Positions 59,873 to 64,000 of a stretch of 64,000 nt of DNA are shown one piece after another. The number at the start of each line of letters is the position of its first letter. The first letter of the stretch is position 1. The translations under genes and the position numbers were made by a program. The DNA is taken from contig NC_058383.1 in the NCBI RefSeq assembly GCF_018350175.1, forward strand, positions 1,922,001-1,986,000, in the 5' to 3' direction. The stretch is from Felis catus. Its lineage: Eukaryota. Below the pieces are notes generated by a model. It did not search any database. It saw only the letters and a program-made list of their open reading frames with translations, and had not been told where the DNA came from.

Positions 59873-62642
59873 CTCTTAAGGGATCTTTTAGCCTGAACAG
59901 GAGGAAAGGCCACCGCAGTGAACACTTGGGCTGCTGACCCAGCGAAAGTCCCTTACCTGTGAGGAAATGTGCTCCTTGCCGTGGGAGAGGTTGCTGACAA
60001 TTTACGAGGAGGCAGCGTTGCCGGGACCCTGCCACGCTCTCCTGCCCTGACTGGCATTTGTTTCCATTGCGCCAAGTTGTATTTTGTAGTTTAAGTTCTG
60101 GTTCGAAAGCTCATTTCGAGCCTCTGAGTGTTTACTCTGCGGTTGATTTTTTAAAAAGCGTTGAGCACGTCGATTTCACGCAGGATTTCTGCCACGTGGA
60201 CCATTTCCAGAGTCGGGTTGTGTGGCAGGACTAACGTGAGCACGAGCCAGCCAGGCCAGGTGACTGCCCGGAGGGCCTTTGGGGGCCCTTGTGGTCCTGA
60301 GACTGTCCCCAGAGTGGCCTGCGAGGCCCCTGGTCCTAGGGAACTAAAACTGAGCACACCAGCAGCTTATTTCTTGAGGCCATCTGGTTGTGGTCAGTAG
60401 TCCAAGGACGTTTTGTGCTTAGTGAGAAGAGCTGCCCCGTGGGGTCATTGAGGTGCAGAAGGTGAAAACGGACAGGGTCTCCTGGAAGAGCCCTCTGGGA
60501 GGTGCCGGAAGCTCCAGCTGGGCCATCCTGACTCCTGACTGAGGAGCGGCTTTGCCAGCGCGGCATCCTTTCAGACGCGCAGCTGCTGCTGCTGCTGTTG
60601 CTGCTTGGCCAGACGAGTATGTGACAGTTTTGAACTCCACATGTTTTCTTTTGGGCTCGCTAAATAGCATTTATCTTTATGTTTGGTATTTAGTTTTGAG
60701 ATTTGCCTGTCTCTGTTTCTCCTGGAGCCGGATCGGGACTCCACACGGCAAGAGTCACCAGACGTGGGCGTGGGCACTGGTGATGGTGAAGGAGAGGTGT
60801 CCCTTCAGCGTGTAGTTGCCGTGTGTACTCCTTACCGTGTATGGGCACATTCCTGTAAGCTAGACGCGTAAAGATTGTGGGAAGGAGTCCACAGTTTGTG
60901 TAGAAGCTGAGCTTTTTATTGTAAACCTTGTAAATTCAGATCAGGCTAAACAGGCCATATTTAATTGTATGGTAAGAGCTTTAACAGCGACCCGAGGAGC
61001 TGACTCTGGCCTCTCCAGGGAAGGTGTCTCCCTCTGCTGTGACTGACTTGCCTCTTTCCGTCTGTTTTCTCTTGGTCTCAACTTTTGCCTCTTTGGAAAT
61101 AAGAGGCAATTCTTTTTTTAGAGTCAATGCTTTTTATATCACCCGTGTAAGTGTTGAAATTAGAGATTGTTTATAACAGGGGCTTGCTTTGAAACTAAAG
61201 GACTTTTTTCCTTTTTGAAAAAGTTGAATTTTTTTTTTTAATTATCGAAAATTTCCAGTACGAGAGTGCAGAAAAATTTGTCTTAAATTTTGAGAATGAA
61301 ATGCAGCAAAGGATATTTTTGGACACGTATCTTTTTCAGCATGTTGAAATTCTTAAGAGTAGAATTCAAAACAGAGTAATGATTAGGTTCCAGGAACCAG
61401 GGAGACACATGGGAAAGCCACGGCTCCTCCTCGGGTGTGTAAAATTGCCTCCTGTCTCCTGCTCTCCTTCGGGCTGGGTTTGCCGCTCTAGCTTCATCTC
61501 GTGCGCTCTGATGGCAGCTTTGATCTGGTTTAGCTCCCAGTGCAGCCAGTGCCTGTTACTGTAACTTTGTAGACCAGCTAACTAATCGGGTTTAGGATTC
61601 GTGCAGAATTTGTGTTGCAAAGATGTCATCTGATGCTGCGTTTGACCTCTGAATGCTCCCCTCCAGCGGCTGGTCAGGCCTTTTATTGCTACAGGAGCTT
61701 CATGGTCAAGAGGCGTCGAAGCCAGATGCAGGCCTCGGGTAGGACAGCCGCGGTCAGCGCCCAGCTAGCATTGTCTCCTGCCCGGCTTGCTCGCCCATGG
61801 CTCCCACACCTGTGTGTCTGTTCCTCAAATGCGTCTTTTTCCTGGCCCTCCTACACCTGTCCTCTTTCTCGTGATCTAGCCGACCATCTTAGGGAAATGA
61901 AGCAAATCTAACATGTTTGAGTGCTTACGGTTTGGGTTTTATGATCTTAATTTTAAAGGGAGGTGACATGAACTTGAAACATTTTCAGTTTCTGAGTGTA
62001 GTTAAGAAAATAACGGTTAACGCACACAGCTTATGGCGTGCTACGCACAGTCCTGAGCATTTACGGATCTGAACGGCTGGTGTCTCCCTAGCGCCCTGTG
62101 AGGTATTTCATGCGGTCGGGGACACTCAGTCGTAAGGGGCATTGCTGTTTGCTCTCAAGAGCCCGTGGATTTTCTAGCCTCCTAGCGTACACGGCTGTTT
62201 TACATAGGGAGTACCGGGTGCTAGTTGTTCGTTTTGTCTTAAACTGGACGTGGGGAAGGTGCCTGCTAGTGGGTTCGCGTTGGAGGTGGGTCAGGGAAGG
62301 CTACTGCGGGTGTTTCCTACCCCACTTTCCTAGAGAGAGGCCGTCTTTGGTTAGCCTTCTGCATTCTTCAAGTCTTTAAAATGTTGATTTAAGTAAAATC
62401 TTCCTTTATTTCCAGAAACGAATGGACATATCAGACAGGGGGAACATGAAGAGTTAAAATCTTCCTAATGTTTTTAAGTTTAAATTTTGAGTTAACCCAG
62501 GGCCAGTATTTCTTTCATTCACAGTGGAACCATTTAGAGGATTCATTTTTGTATAGGGAAGTCGTTCAGTGTGGTAAACTAGCATATTAATGTTCTGCCT
62601 TCATCAGAAAAAAGTCATTGGTCCAATCTTCCACCCATACAG

Positions 62643-62835
62643 AACTGCTGGGGGACATTCTCAAGGACCGGCCGCAGGAGGCGGATGGGATTGACTCGGT
62701 GATCGTGGTTGACAATGTTCCTCAGGTGGGGCCCGACCGGCTGGAGAAGCTCAAAAACGTCATCCATAAAATTTTTTCCAAGTTTGGGAAAATCACAAAC
62801 GATTTTTATCCAGAGGAGGATGGAAAGACAAAAGG
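62643..62835 (+). CDS. EIF3B: EIF3B coding exon 2 (193 bp; start of RRM domain)
   Basis: Acceptor ccatacag|AA. Translates to (E)[63 protein letters not shown](G), near-identical to recalled eIF3b RRM. Donor GG|gtgagt at 62835/62836. Confidence 0.98.
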
Positions 62836-63052
62836 GTGAGTGACGTTCCCCACGGTCTTGGTCCCTGATGCCCTGTGGCTGTCGTCGGGCGGTATGGGAG
62901 TCGCTGTGGACACACAGGTGCACGCCTCACCTGGTGGTTCTGCCCCAGCCACCCTCGGCTGGGGTCTCTACACAGAGAGAAGGAGATCCGCGTGGTTCTT
63001 GAGTTTGGATATCGTGGGTTGCTTGCTAAATCTTAAGAAATCGGAGCTTCGC

Positions 63053-63690
63053 GGGGCACCTGGGTGGCTCAGTCGGTTAAGCATCTGACTCTTAATCTCC
63101 GCTCGGGTCATGATCTTACGGTTTCATGAGTTTGAGCCCCACAGTGCAGAGCCTGCTTGGGATTCTCTCTCCTCTGTGTCTCCCCCTCCCTCCCCCTCCC
63201 TCTCAAAATAAATAAACATTAGGGGTGTCTGGGTCTCTCAGTGCATTAAACAGCCAACTTCATTTCTTTTTTTTTTTTTTTAATTTTTTTTTTTTCCAAC
63301 GTTTATTTATTTTTGGGACAGAGAGAGACAGAGCATGAACGGGGGAGGGGCAGAGAGAGAGGGAGACACAGAATCGGAAACAGGCTCCAGGCTCTGAGCC
63401 ATCAGCCCAGAGCCTGACGCGGGGCTCGAACTCCCGGACCGCGAGATCGTGACCTGGCTGAAGTCGGACGCTTAACCGACTGCGCCACCCAGGCGCCCCA
63501 AACGGCCAACTTCATTTCAGGTCATGATCTCGCCATTCGTGTGTTCGGGCCCCACATCAGGCTCAGTGCGGACAGCTCAGAGCCTGGATCCTGCTTCCGA
63601 TTCTGTGTCTCTGCCGCTCCCCTGCTCGTGCTCTGTCTCTTTCTTCAAAGTTAAAACATTTTTAAAAATTTATAAAAAAAAATGTTTTAA
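63053..63690. mobile_element. SINEC cluster in EIF3B intron 2: 63053-63220 (+), 63222-63690 (+) split by a young copy 63267-63499 (-)
   Basis: The nested young copy is flanked by aaac(a/g)gccaacttcatttc. Confidence 0.9.
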
Positions 63691-64000
63691 GAATCCGGGA
63701 TTTAAGTCTTCTGCCATCAGAACGATAATTGACGTGATCCATCCTGGATGAAGGGCCCAACAGATAGGAGGCTGGCAGGATTTCAGGAAAATTTTACATG
63801 TGGTATTCTGTTGATTCTAAGATGAGCTTTTTTTTTTTTTTTCTTTCACATGGTAACGTCTCTGAAATGGGGTTACTTCTAACAGTCTAGGTGAAAGCCT
63901 TGTGCCACTGCTTAATTAGCAGCTTTTTTTTCCCCCAACTGTTGCTTAAAATAGTGCATCTTTTAAAAACGGTAGCGTATGGTATGTGTCCTAGAGTTTG

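Noticed and set aside
807..63690. tRNA genes suggested by A-box/B-box motifs (tggctcagtcgg, gttcgagccc)
   Set aside because: All are heads of tRNA-derived SINEC elements followed by SINE body, (CT)n and A tail; none forms a complete tRNA.

Overview
Mammalian genomic DNA from a felid (cat family). About 45 tRNA-derived carnivore SINEs of SINEC_Fc type and an L1_Fc-like 3' end point to Felidae; the species cannot be fixed from sequence alone. The window holds the 5' ends of two divergently transcribed genes. SNX8 (sorting nexin 8, minus strand) has coding exon 1 at 27928-28033 and exon 2 at 2104-2294, separated by a ~25.6 kb intron; the gene continues off the left edge. EIF3B (plus strand) has coding exon 1 at 58210-58624 and exon 2 at 62643-62835; it continues off the right edge. 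Both start in CpG islands. The rest is intron and intergenic DNA dominated by SINEC copies, old L1M fragments, MaLR (MLT1) LTRs plus one internal segment, a near full-length decayed Tigger1, a Tigger2a-like element, MER5A, MIR and L2. Almost all ORFs in the supplied track are spurious. I found no convincing novel protein-coding system. The most interesting signals are: (1) strong local AT-to-GC drift that has made old Tigger1 and L1 copies CpG-rich, probably through GC-biased gene conversion; (2) a probable short L1 3'-transduction nested in a SINE inside the Tigger1; (3) a candidate distal SNX8 first exon at the EIF3B CpG island; (4) a 61-bp minisatellite born from an L1 3' UTR; (5) CLEAR/M-box motifs at the SNX8 start codon and IRF/AP-1 motifs in intron 1. 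Repeat family names come from recalled consensus sequences, not a database search, and repeat boundaries are approximate.
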